Assembly: GCA_002633005.1 (NCBI GenBank)
Contig: NMRA01000444.1
Span: 161,456-225,455 of the forward strand
Length of the DNA stretch: 64,000 bases
Direction: 5' to 3'
From: Phoronis australis
Lineage: Eukaryota > Animalia > Phoronida
The number at the start of each line of letters is the position of its first letter. The first letter of the stretch is position 1. Positions 11,305-22,800 of the stretch are shown here, piece by piece. The notes beneath the pieces are model-generated. The model did not search any database and was not told the origin of the DNA. It saw only the letters and a program-made list of their open reading frames with translations. The position numbers and the translations under genes were made by a program.

Positions 11305-13200
11305 TCATACACAGGTACACTCACTGGGAGGTATGCCTGCTTCACTGCACAACCTATCCATTGGCACATTTTCCAGTAACGAGACACCAAAAGAGGTTTC
11401 CATATGTTTGTGTGTCGGCGACATGGGATACGAAGCAATGTGGTGCAAAGTCCTGTGTACATCATACGGAGTGACAAGCTGTTGCTCGTTCAGCATCAGG
11501 GCTCGGTGCAGGCTCGGATTTTCAACTAACAAATTATTATGCATGATGATGAAAAACGCTGGCAATTTCCTGTCGAGATTACCATAAGCGGAGTCAGCCA
11601 TGACACCCTGATAATTTCCCGTATCAGATACAATGAATGTGATTGATTTACTGAGAAAGCTGACGAACGATTTAAGAAAAGTAGACATAGACTTGTCGAG
11701 TTGCACCAACATCTCACTGCCTCCATCCTGTCCTCCATACAAATGGGCCATGGTATACTTACCTTGCATTGGGTCACGAGTCCACAGCTTTCGCACATAA
11801 TCGAATACATAGTCGTGAGCGTTACGACTGCCAACACAACGTTTCCGCAGAGGGAATGGACCATCAAAGTTTTCTGGCTTGTTGTATTCCCGAAAGTTAC
11901 GATGACAAAATGGCAAAACTATTTCCTGGTCCAAATTGTATGGTTCATGAAACTTAGACATGAAGTTATCTGAGCACTCATTTGAAACCCAAGACGTTTC
12001 AAAACCTCGTTTTCTGTAAACTGTCCATGGGAAAATTGATCCATCTTTGTCATTTGCAACTGGTAATTTGTCCGCTGCTTTCCCTGACATAAGAGGTATA
12101 AAATTCTCTAAAAAGGTTTTTCCAACAGCATGATAACGAAAAAACTGAAAGACAGAAAATCCTTTTTGAATCAACAACTCAAGCATGTCGACAGTTTTCG
12201 GCAAGTGATCATGAAACTGGTTCCTTGATAACGAATTGATAAGCAACACCAGAATGTTTGGAGTATGATGTAACGTAGATTGTGTAACAGGGAGGCGCCG
12301 TGGAGGTAGAATTGTTAAAAGAACTTCTTCGTCTTCACAGTAACAGTTGACAGATCTGAGATCATTTCCATGATACACGGGGGCTGTGTAGTTCACAGAG
12401 ACTTTCTTAGAATTAACTGACAGTAATCTAGACATATTCTTACATAAACTCACTGAAGTCACATCATTCAAGTGAGACATATGGTCGTCATTTAAGACAA
12501 TAATCCGTTCATCAGACATACAACCACCATCTATAGTCACCATGCCAAGAAATACATGACAGAAGCTTCGCTTTTCTTCGCCACACTCAAGAGACTCAGA
12601 AATATCACGTGAACTAATAATGCTAGGTAACAGTGTCATCCAAGGTTTTTGTACAGCTTGTACCTGACATGACGATCTGCTGTTCAAAAGACGATCCCCT
12701 TTAAGTCCGATCATCGACTCATCAATAGATTGGTAGTACCAAGCTCGAACAAGCAAAATAGTCGTAACAGTTACTGCCAAACAGATATTTCCTAAAATCC
12801 GCTGAAATTGTCGGCCTGTGAAGTACTTCAACATTTTGAGAAAGATGATACACATTGTCGCTAAGAGAATAATCTTCACATAGAAAAATAGCAAGTACTG
12901 TTCAGAAGAATACGTGTCTGATGACATCACTGTAAAGCTGTAGAACAGCAAAAGCCAGAAGAATAATATAATCCATGGCGTGCAATAAAGGCACTGTACA
13001 CAGTCTTCTGCATCCACGAGTTCGATAAATTTGAAACTCGCCAATAAAAACAAGTAAGCAGCAACCACCAACAAAAATATCTGAGCTCCAAACGCCGATA
13101 TCTTCACAAACTTGACAGCTACAAGAAAAAACACCAGAGATCCAACAAAGTATCTGGCTACTAATTTTAGCAGCGTGGGAGATCCTTGGTTTTCCATCAT
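11305..13200 (-). CDS. Intronless DUF229-family (alkaline phosphatase/sulfatase-like) membrane protein, 631 aa
   Basis: Single long ORF; ~5 N-terminal hydrophobic helices; NILVLLINSLSRNQF..LPKT, YHAVG..T..N, FIVSDTG, LP.FFI, NEQQLVTPYDVHRTL, SLL..VP..R.C..AGIP...C.C are DUF229 hallmarks. Confidence 0.85.
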   Translation of the reverse strand: MMENQGSPTLLKLVARYFVGSLVFFLVAVKFVKISAFGAQIFLLVVAAYLFLLASFKFIELVDAEDCVQCLYCTPWIILFFWLLLFYSFTVMSSDTYSSEQYLLFFYVKIILLATMCIIFLKMLKYFTGRQFQRILGNICLAVTVTTILLVRAWYYQSIDESMIGLKGDRLLNSRSSCQVQAVQKPWMTLLPSIISSRDISESLECGEEKRSFCHVFLGMVTIDGGCMSDERIIVLNDDHMSHLNDVTSVSLCKNMSRLLSVNSKKVSVNYTAPVYHGNDLRSVNCYCEDEEVLLTILPPRRLPVTQSTLHHTPNILVLLINSLSRNQFHDHLPKTVDMLELLIQKGFSVFQFFRYHAVGKTFLENFIPLMSGKAADKLPVANDKDGSIFPWTVYRKRGFETSWVSNECSDNFMSKFHEPYNLDQEIVLPFCHRNFREYNKPENFDGPFPLRKRCVGSRNAHDYVFDYVRKLWTRDPMQGKYTMAHLYGGQDGGSEMLVQLDKSMSTFLKSFVSFLSKSITFIVSDTGNYQGVMADSAYGNLDRKLPAFFIIMHNNLLVENPSLHRALMLNEQQLVTPYDVHRTLHHIASYPMSPTHKHMETSFGVSLLENVPMDRLCSEAGIPPSECTCV

Positions 13201-13850
13201 AACTTTGTTTCAATGAATTGTTTCAGTTGAAGGTTGTCTGTTCAGAATTCACAGGCACTCTTCATTTAATGGCTTCAAACACGGAAGTCTCCCCTCGCCT
13301 CAAGAAGCATCTACAGTAGGCCTACATAGTTGTTCGACTTCTAGTTCTAAGCTCAGGACCCGCATGTCCCGAGACTGAGTGGCGGGTCATCCTCAGACAG
13401 TTTTGGTCCAACGTCTAAAAATCAGACACCTTCTCAAAAGACGACATGGAGAACATGTGGCTGTATTTTACGACACGACGAACAACAACATTTTTCCGTA
13501 TATCACCCTATGAGATCGTAACATTTTGTCTGATCAACAAGGAAAATATTTGACACTGATCGCCATCTTTTATAACTAGCCTACAATACAAAATGAGCAT
13601 AAATAATATCGTTTGAATTTGGTAAAAAACAAAACCATATTTGTTACATTTGCTACTTCAAAATATATTGTCTTCTTAAAGATGCAATATTATTTATTAT
13701 AATCACGATTTTACTTAGTGATGAGGCCTTGTGTTTTGAGAGTAAACTCAAGATCGTTTTTCACGTTTTACCGCCAGGATCGTACTGACCTGGAGAACGA
13801 AAGCGGAGAGCAAGACACGTGGGAAACGAATACGTTAATGATCTCCCGGA
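13201..13850. promoter_or_regulatory. Putative bidirectional promoter between the DUF229 gene and FKBP6
   Basis: Divergent start codons 650 bp apart (13200 -, 13851 +); YY1-like CGCCATCTT at 13561-13569. Confidence 0.5.
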
Positions 13851-16800
13851 ATGGAAAACTTAGAACAAGAACCCATCGTAAATGATCAAATCAGTGATGA
13901 AACGGAGGTTGAATATGAGGTATCTTCGTCTGAAGCGCTGAAGTAGTTGTTCATCGAGGCCCGTATACGTAGTTATGAGCTCAGTCAAACTCAGTCACTG
14001 AGATTCCCTGAGAACAAAAGTAGGCCTAAAAATTCTAAAATCTCAAAACAAATCGAAAAATTCCGACCTAACGAGGTTGGGATATTTCGATTGTCCATAA
14101 TCTTTTGTTTCCCATGCATGGGCAGGACACCATAGCCATAGGGTGATTGGGCGCAGCCCATGGTCTACGCACCACAGCTCGGTGCACCACACTTTTTTCA
14201 GTGGTAAGGTCCTGTTTGTGTCACTTATCAATTGTCTTGCTGATGTCCAGTTTTGCAGAGCTAACAACCAGAGGTGCAAACAAAATCTGGGAGTCGACCA
14301 ACCGTGACCACCGTCTCTATCTAGTTGAAATATGACAGACGGTGAAGCTCCTATAGGCGCTTTATACGCTGGAAACTTTTCGGCGAATTATGCCTCACAC
14401 TAAGGCATTTTTCGCATATGTACACGTTTGTGGACTGAGCAACTTATTTTAGCGAAGTCTGAAAACAAATGGGGGGCGCTTGTAGGGACATGGGCGCTTA
14501 TTAGGACGACTGTTTATAAAATTATTTATGTAAAAAAGAATTTTGGCTAAAATGGCATTGTACATTACAGTAAGAAAAAATCAGTTCCAAGAAATATGGT
14601 AGGCCTATTTCACTTGCTGTGAGCACATGGACTGGTCTTCCGCCTTACCTCACCCCCCCCCCCCNTTTTCGTCTCGGACTAGTCCACAAATTCCTTTGTG
14701 CACGACCTCACACTGTAATCTTTTGTCTAGATGAAGCGCGTAACGGTTGACATCTACTGAATTGGTAGGATCGCACTGCGCCGATGTTTTTTACTGCCGG
14801 AGCATCGACACGCTGACCAAACTAAACCTTAGATTCATGATAAAAACAGCACAAGGAGGAGAAAATTTATTCATGTTCATCTGGGAAACGATATAGTGCT
14901 ATTGCGCTCTGAAAATTTGCTCGCCATGTGGGCCACCGGCAAGTCAACTTCTACTTGCCCAGCACCATTTTATTCGCATTGGCGAGTGGCTAAGTATATC
15001 CCTGGGTGTTGTGGCTCGTGACTTCATGTAAAGTCTCTCTATATTGCTTGCCTACTGGCAATATGGGCATTCTAGATTACACAGTGTCACTGTCGCAGTG
15101 ACACTCAAATTTCGCTGTATTTACCCACAATGCCACACCATCCATCAAGCATTATTTTAGCCTCAAGGTTTTACGCCATTGCTGTTTCATATGTTCTTTG
15201 TTGTTGTCATATTCTTAAGGTTTTCCCAATTCCGTTAATCTGGCAGGCCTTTATGCAGTATCCGTTCCTCTGGCAGGCCTTTATGTAGTGTACGTTACTC
15301 TGGCAGGCCTTTGTGCAATGTATGTTACTCTGGCAGGCCTTTTATGCAGCGTACGTTACTGTGGCAGGCCTTTATGCAGCATATGTCACTCTGGCAGGCC
15401 TTTATGCAGCGTACGTTACTCTGGCTGGCCTTTATGCAGTGTACGTTACTCTGGCAGGCCTTTATGCAGCGTACGTTACTCTGGCAGGCCATTATGCAGT
15501 GTATGTCCTGTGCATCCATTTGGACATGCTAGCACTAATCTGGACGTCCTGGCAAGGACTACCAATGTATCATTTGGAAGTCCAGTTAATCTGTTTGAGA
15601 AAGGAGGTCACAGTGCTGGCTCTTTTTTAAACTGGGGAAGAAATATACGATTATATACAATGTTGCCATGTAAGTTTAAAGCAATGAGTATCCAACACTT
15701 TTGAAGCAAAACTTCCATTGCTTCTTCACTTCCACTCCTGGCCATGCCTTGTAGTGCTACCTCCAGTTGTAGTTCATTATGTTATACACGGGTCATACCC
15801 TAGTGTAGCTTCAAACTGGTGTTCAGAGCTGTGATTTCATGATTCTTATTGGCGCCCGTTTCGTTCTTTTCAATGTGCGTTTAAAGGTTTTAAAATGGAA
15901 CAGCAGTGACACCTGTTGCCAAAATATAAACCGCACATCATCTGTGCATTTTTCTTGTTTTGTAACAACTGTGCTGGTGACTCATTTGCAGAATATTGAA
16001 GCTAGTTAAAATTTATTATAGCATCAGTTTGACTCGAGATGACCAAAAATATAGTGCTCTTATCGTTCAGCTAATATCTCTAATACTTGTTTGGTAAGCT
16101 TCTTGGCTGTTTTTGTAAATTTAGATGTAAAAGTCTTGGTCCTTGCGTATTTTTGTTTGAGTAAAAAAGCTCGCTACTGATGTCTGTTGTTGTAAACTAT
16201 GTAAAAACCTTTTGTAAAAAAACTGGGGGGTTGCTGGTGAACGGCGGTGGGGGTGGGGGCATCGTTGGAATCATGAATGCCCTGGAATATTAGGAACCCC
16301 ATTTTGGACACCCTATTTTCGAAATCCTTGTTAAAGCCCTGCAATCGTGCTTCTAATGCCAACACAGTAATAGTTACGTGCTGTGGGCTGCCACTCCTAT
16401 GGTAGAAAGTTGTCAAATATCAGTGAATGCGTGATGTTAGCTTCCTCGCCTTCCTGACATTGATCAAAGACAAGAAAATGCAGAGTTAGTGGATGGAAAT
16501 TTTTGTCTAGTTAATTTTGAACCCAACAGATTCCCCTTTCAGATGTTTAAGTTGGGGGTCACTCAGACTAGTGTGCCATACAAACACAAAATGTTTTATT
16601 ACAACATGTAATTTTACAAAAAAACAATTTAGAACCATATTTGTAATATGAGTATTTACGGAAGGTAAATATGTAGCGAGGCTGTGATTGAACACATTAG
16701 GTTATCTTGGCCATTAAGCACAGTATAGAATGAAAAGGTGAGAGACCATGTGCGCCTGCTGACAGTTTCACATCTTGCTCACTGCGACATGTCTGCCTAT

Positions 16801-19800
16801 GGGAACTGGTATATTTATTACAGTATTTTAATACTCACAAAAATTAAGTTAGGAAATCTTTAAAATATTTAAAAGTGATGAGTAAAATTTTCAAATTGGC
16901 CAAAACACTGTCTGAAACTGTAACTTTTGCCTTTAACTACCGTAAACGTTCGGGTTAACGCCCTGGGCGGTTAAATTGGCAAACCCAAAAAATCGGGGGT
17001 GGGTGGTTAACCAGACATGGGGGCTTAAACATGAAACTTCAAAAAATGCAGGGTGGGCGGTTAACCGAACATGGGCGCTTATTACGACATGCGAGTCACC
17101 TGTCAATCACAAGTTGGTGTCAAGGTAACATGCACTCCAAAGTGTGGGAACTTGCGCGCGTGCACCACTACAAAGTCACACATCAAAAGAGAATAGCGAC
17201 AGTCCTAAGTAACAGAAACGGGCGTGACTATATACTTTTAACCATTGTCTCATTTCTCTGGCCTGATTTTTTCGAATATATGTTTTATCAAGTGCACTGT
17301 AGACGAAAACTCAGCGCGGCAGACAAAGTCGCTGAAAGCGCAGGTTTTGACGCCAGCGGCGTTCGTTAACTTTGCAAACATGGGAAGAAAATAAAGTGAC
17401 AAAAAGGTTCAAGTATTATATTTTGAAGTGAGTTCATGACCCAACACAATAACTTGTTACCTGTTTTGTAATTCAGATTGCTAAACCACCGTCTCGGAGG
17501 CCCGGCGTCGTTGCGCTCATTGTGATCATCGATCTTTTTCTCAAAGTCGGGGAATCGCGCGTTTTCTTAGCACTGGGCGCTAAATCTTCATTCTTTAAAA
17601 GTCGGGGATGGGCGCTTAACCGAGAGGTGGGCGTTTAACTGGAAATCTTCAAAAATCGCAGGGGGGCGCTTAACCGAGCAGTGGGCGGTTAAATCGAAAA
17701 TCCACCTAAAGTAGGGGGTGGGCGGTTAACTGAGCATGGGCGTTAACCCGAACGTTTACGATATTCTTTAAAATTGTTATTGTAATATAGCATTTCAAAT
17801 CTTCTGTCAAAATAAATCTATTTTCATTATTGTCTGGAATCGGGAAATGAATTTTATTGCAAATTTTGAAATAATTAATCTCAGGTTCCACCACCTGTTA
17901 TTCTGAAGAATGACCTGGATGTGGGGGCGCTGCGATCTGGGCATGGAGCCGAATTTGAAGTCCAAGATACCTGTAAGTAGAATGGTTTATTATCTGAGGC
18001 TTTTCCATCACCTAAAGGTGAGATGTGTCAGATGGAGACTTGCATTAAAGTTATCTCAAACCTTATTTAGTGGCCATCATTCTAACTCGTACATCAAAAA
18101 AAACTTTAAAGAAAAAAGCTTTATCAACCAGTAAAAGTAATATACTTTGTGAAAGAATTATGTTTTTTTATTTATATACCATTTCTATTATTACGTACAT
18201 TCATTTGATAGCAAAATAACCCCTCGTTCGATTTTAATGATACCTTTTTAATAAAAACTTCACCAGTTACCTCAAAAGCGCTGTTTGGAATTTTCGACTT
18301 GCGGTATTTTTGTAAAAAATAAAAGTGGTCTTTGAGACGTTTTGCAAAAACTAGGCTGCTGATTCTACTAAGAGGACAACCTCAGTGCACTTATTATTCC
18401 AGAATACCACATTGCCTACCACACTAACGTCGGGAGGGGGTTGATCTTGTTTGTCCACAACTCCGTAAATTACAAAACAATTGATGATAAAATTATACAG
18501 TCAATGAGTAACTGTTGGATTGAACTTTACGTCAACCACAAAAAGATATATTACGGTTTTTTCTATCGCTCACCCTCACAGACGTCCCACGAACGGAAAG
18601 CATATTTCAAAACCTTTTCAGAGCAATTGCAAGAACTCTCTCAAACTAATAAAACGATTGTTATCAACGGGGATTTCAACGCAAGAAATAGTACTTGGTA
18701 CTCTGAAGACAATGACAACCAAGCCGGTCTCGAATTATTCGATATTCTCCTCACAAATGACTGTATACAACTAATAAACGAGCCGACACGTTTAACAGAG
18801 TATACACATTCTTGCCTTGATTTATGTGTAACAAACAATCTCGGATTAATTGAATCCACTTCTGTAAGGCCTCCCATTGGTAACTCAGACCACCACGTTA
18901 TAGAAACAACATTCACACTCAACTGCCCACCTAAAGAACCAGACATTATGAAGAAGATCTGGAATTACAACCTCATTAACGTGGACAAACTGCGCTCTGA
19001 CATAACCACCATCAACTGGACTGATATACTTAACAAAAGTGACATAAATGACGCAGTCTCAATATTCACACAGTCACTCTACAACATATTAGATAATAAT
19101 ATCCCATCAATCATGAAAACAATAAAAAACAAGAACAAACCGTGGTTTAACAATAACATTAAGTCTGAAATAAATAAAAGAAATAAACTGTACAGATCGT
19201 TCAGAAGATCAAATAACCCATGCACGTTCAAGCGCTACAAAGAACAGTGCAAGAGTGTGGAAGAACTAATTAAAAAGACAAAACAAGACTATAAGATGAA
19301 AGTTATCTCCAATATCAAAAATGTCTCCAAAAATTCTAAGGAATATTGGGATATAGTAAACAAAATTCGAGGACAGGTAAAGCAATCATCATACCCCACC
19401 ATCCACTCAAAAGAATCCAACTCTCAGGCGTCATCCAAAGNNNNNNNNNNNNNNNNNNNNNNNNNNNNNNNNNNNNNNNNNNNNNNNNNNNNNNNNNNNN
19501 NNNNNNNNNNNNNNNNNNNNNNNNNNNNNNNNNNNNNNNNNNNNNNNNNNNNNNNNNNNNNNNNNNNNNNNNNNNNNNNNNNNNNNNNNNNNNNNNNNNN
19601 NNNNNNNNNNNNNNNNNNNNNNNNNNNNNNNNNNNNNNNNNNNNNNNNNNNNNNNNNNNNNNNNNNNNNNNNNNNNNNNNNNNNNNNNNNNNNNNNNNNN
19701 NNNNNNNNNNNNNNNNNNNNNNNNNNNNNNNNNNNNNNNNNNNNNNNNNNNNNNNNNNNNNNNNNNNNNNNNNNNNNNNNNNNNNNNNNNNNNNNNNNNN

Positions 19801-22800
19801 NNNNNNNNNNNNNNNNNNNNNNNNNNNNNNNNNNNNNNNNNNNNNNNNNNNNNNNNNNNNNNNNNNNNNNNNNNNNNNNNNNNNNNNNNNNNNNNNNNNN
19901 NNNNNNNNNNNNNNNNNNNNNNNNNNNNNNNNNNNNNNNNNNNNNNNNNNNNNNNNNNNNNNNNNNNNNNNNNNNNNNNNNNNNNNNNNNNNNNNNNNNN
20001 NNNNNNNNNNNNNNNNNNNNNNNNNNNNNNNNNNNNNNNNNNNNNNNNNNNNNNNNNNNNNNNNNNNNNNNNNNNNNNNNNNNNNNNNNNNNNNNNNNNN
20101 NNNNNNNNNNNNGCCAGTCCCATTGACATCATTCCAACTTCCCCGCAACCATGAAATAACCCTATACAGATCAAGATGTGGTCTATTCCTAAACAACGAG
20201 AAATTTAGACATAATTTTAATAATATTTCGGCTCTGTGTTCCTGTGGAGATACCCAGACATATCCTCATGTTTTCTTTGCTTGTGAGGTATGCAAGGAGG
20301 AGAGGGTACAGCTCTTCCAGGCACTCGAACAATACCCCAATGTTTATAAAAAATACTCTGAAATTCCGCAATTGTACAACAAAATTAATTTCTTTCTATA
20401 TGGATGTCAAGAACTTAACTCAAATGAAAATAAGGTTTTATTTGAAATAGTATCAGAATTTCTTTATAACATTAAATCTCTTTGTGTGAGTGGATAGAAT
20501 TTTATACATCTGTATGAAAATGAATTATTTTCGTTCGTTGTCATATATCATTGTATTCTTAACATCAGTTTTTTTATTTATTTATGTATTCGTATATAAT
20601 CATTGTATATAGACTTCTTTGTATTTTTTTACCCAGATCTAATGCCTCTTGGCGCTTTCTGGGTTATGTATATTCATTGTATTCTGAAGATTTCGTAATA
20701 AACATTAAAAAAAAAAAAAAATTCTACTGTGTGCTACTGTGTACCCACATGATTAAGTTTCCATTAAAGCATTTCAATAGTTTCTTTGTTGGGTTAATCT
20801 AGATTGACACAGCAGGGTGGCTTGGATACTTTAAACCATGTTTGACTAAACCCTCTCTCTGGTCTAACAAAAGCCGGCTTTCAGACTTTTAAACCAGTTT
20901 GGTGAAATGCAAGTTAAGCTTAAAATTGGACAAAGTTTAGGAAGACCAGGTTTAAGTCTTCAACATGGTTTTGTTAAGCCACCCTTATGTAATCGACGGT
21001 TAGTGTTCCACTTGTACTCCTGTGTCACATTTAAAGGATACATGTCAACAATAATAAGTTATGAGCTAAATTAAAAAAACTTCTATATTCAACTAATTTT
21101 ATTGAAAATCTGATTTATCCATCTGTAGCTGAAACATGTGTTGCATGTGAGTCTTCTTGTACATTATCATGTGGTTTATTACAGAACTTAACAGAAGATA
21201 CAAGTGTAAAATTTGGCTGCCTGTGCTACTGTAATTTATATTGCTTAGTTCTATAGAATCCATCATTGGGCAATTTAAACTTAATTATTTGTCCTTTTGT
21301 TGCTGTGGAATGGGTTTTTTACATAATATTTCACATGTTATTTGTTAGCAATAGCCTACGCGCTTTAGAAAATGAGATTTACCAAATAATCAAAGCTGTT
21401 AACCCTAAATTGTAAAAAAGCAGTGAAACCCGTACGCGTGTTTTTCAGCGGATGACTACCAAGTCGACTTCTTTGATCGTGAAAATATCTACAAGGAGAT
21501 GAACATTGGTGACACCTGTGGTGGTGATGATGAGTCATCTGATGAGGAAGACAGGACGCCATTTGAAAAGTTAGCTCGTAAAATGCAGGACGTGTTGCAA
21601 GATGGCTCTGGTTGCATTATGAAGAAAATAGTGAGACCTGGTGCTGGAGAAGTGCTACCCCCCAACTGCTATGTAACAGGTCTGTGTTGAATTTGGTCTT
21701 CCTCTGTTTTATTGAGTAAATAGGTTCGAAGTTCCTATACAAGCTATACGGTTTGAAATGCACCAGTATGGGTTTGTCTATGTGATGCTCTAACTATTCA
21801 CCTTAAAAGATAACGCTTAAAACTGCATTTTACTCTGTTTAGCTGGCTAAAAAGAAATGTCAAATATTCTAATAAAATTGGTCTCATAACATTCCTTACC
21901 ACGAAAGGATACAGCTGTTTCTACATGGTCCCTACAAGACCATGGAAAGCATCAGCAACTCAATGAAACTCTTGTGCCTTCATTGTTGAGTTGCCATAAC
22001 AAACATGTTGGTTTCCTCTGCATTATGGGTGAATATCAGTTGATGACTATTATTACAGTTCCTGTAACAGATAAAAAACGCTATTAAAATTTCTCTTGGC
22101 AAAGACTTATCTTAATCATTGCTTATATAACATTTTCAGTTCATTACAATGGCTACCTTGAATACGCTGATGAGCCATTCGACTCCACTCGCCTGAGGAA
22201 TAGACCTATGGGGTTTCGTCTTGGCAAAGGTAAGGTGTGTTGTCATGTGTTGTCATGTGTGCTGTGTGTGAAGTAATCAGCGTTGTGAGAGGGTCTATCC
22301 TGAGAGTTAGACCTCGCGCACCCCACATTAAATATTTTCTTGCTTCTGGTCTGCCATAAATGTACGAAAAGGTCAGATGATACAAGTCATTCAGTTTTAA
22401 AATATCTCTGATGGAACATGTAAGATTGCAAGCCAACTGCCAATGTTTGTGAACTCTTGAGTTTTATGGTATATAATAATCGGTATAGCCTTGGCTTGTT
22501 AAGTAATTCTGTGGTGTTCTCATTTGAGTATCACCTATTTTTATTGTTTAGGGGAAGTAATTCCTGGGTTTGACATTGGCATAGCAACGATGAAAAAGGG
22601 TGAAGAGGCACAGTTCCTGATCAAGTCAGATTATGGCTATAGGGACCAGGGCTGTCCTCCTCGAATTCCAGGAAAGGCCGATTGTGAGTTGGTTTTTGCT
22701 CTGTTTTACCATGAGACTGGCTAGTTACTGTGGGTGTCTGGTTTCAATTGATTTGGTTTGTTTTCAATATGATTCTAGAATCTATTTAACCGGTGATACT

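Noticed and set aside
11205-11973. Short ORFs overlapping the DUF229 gene
   Set aside because: Shadow frames of the long CDS.
15240-15505. CRISPR-like array (also 53710-53912, 54265-54547, 55682-55916)
   Set aside because: Head-to-tail units with no unique spacers, located in eukaryotic introns with no cas genes; these are minisatellites.
19336-20497. Long ORFs of 247-561 aa spanning the gap
   Set aside because: Their length comes from N codons; only the flanking LINE ORF2 parts are real.
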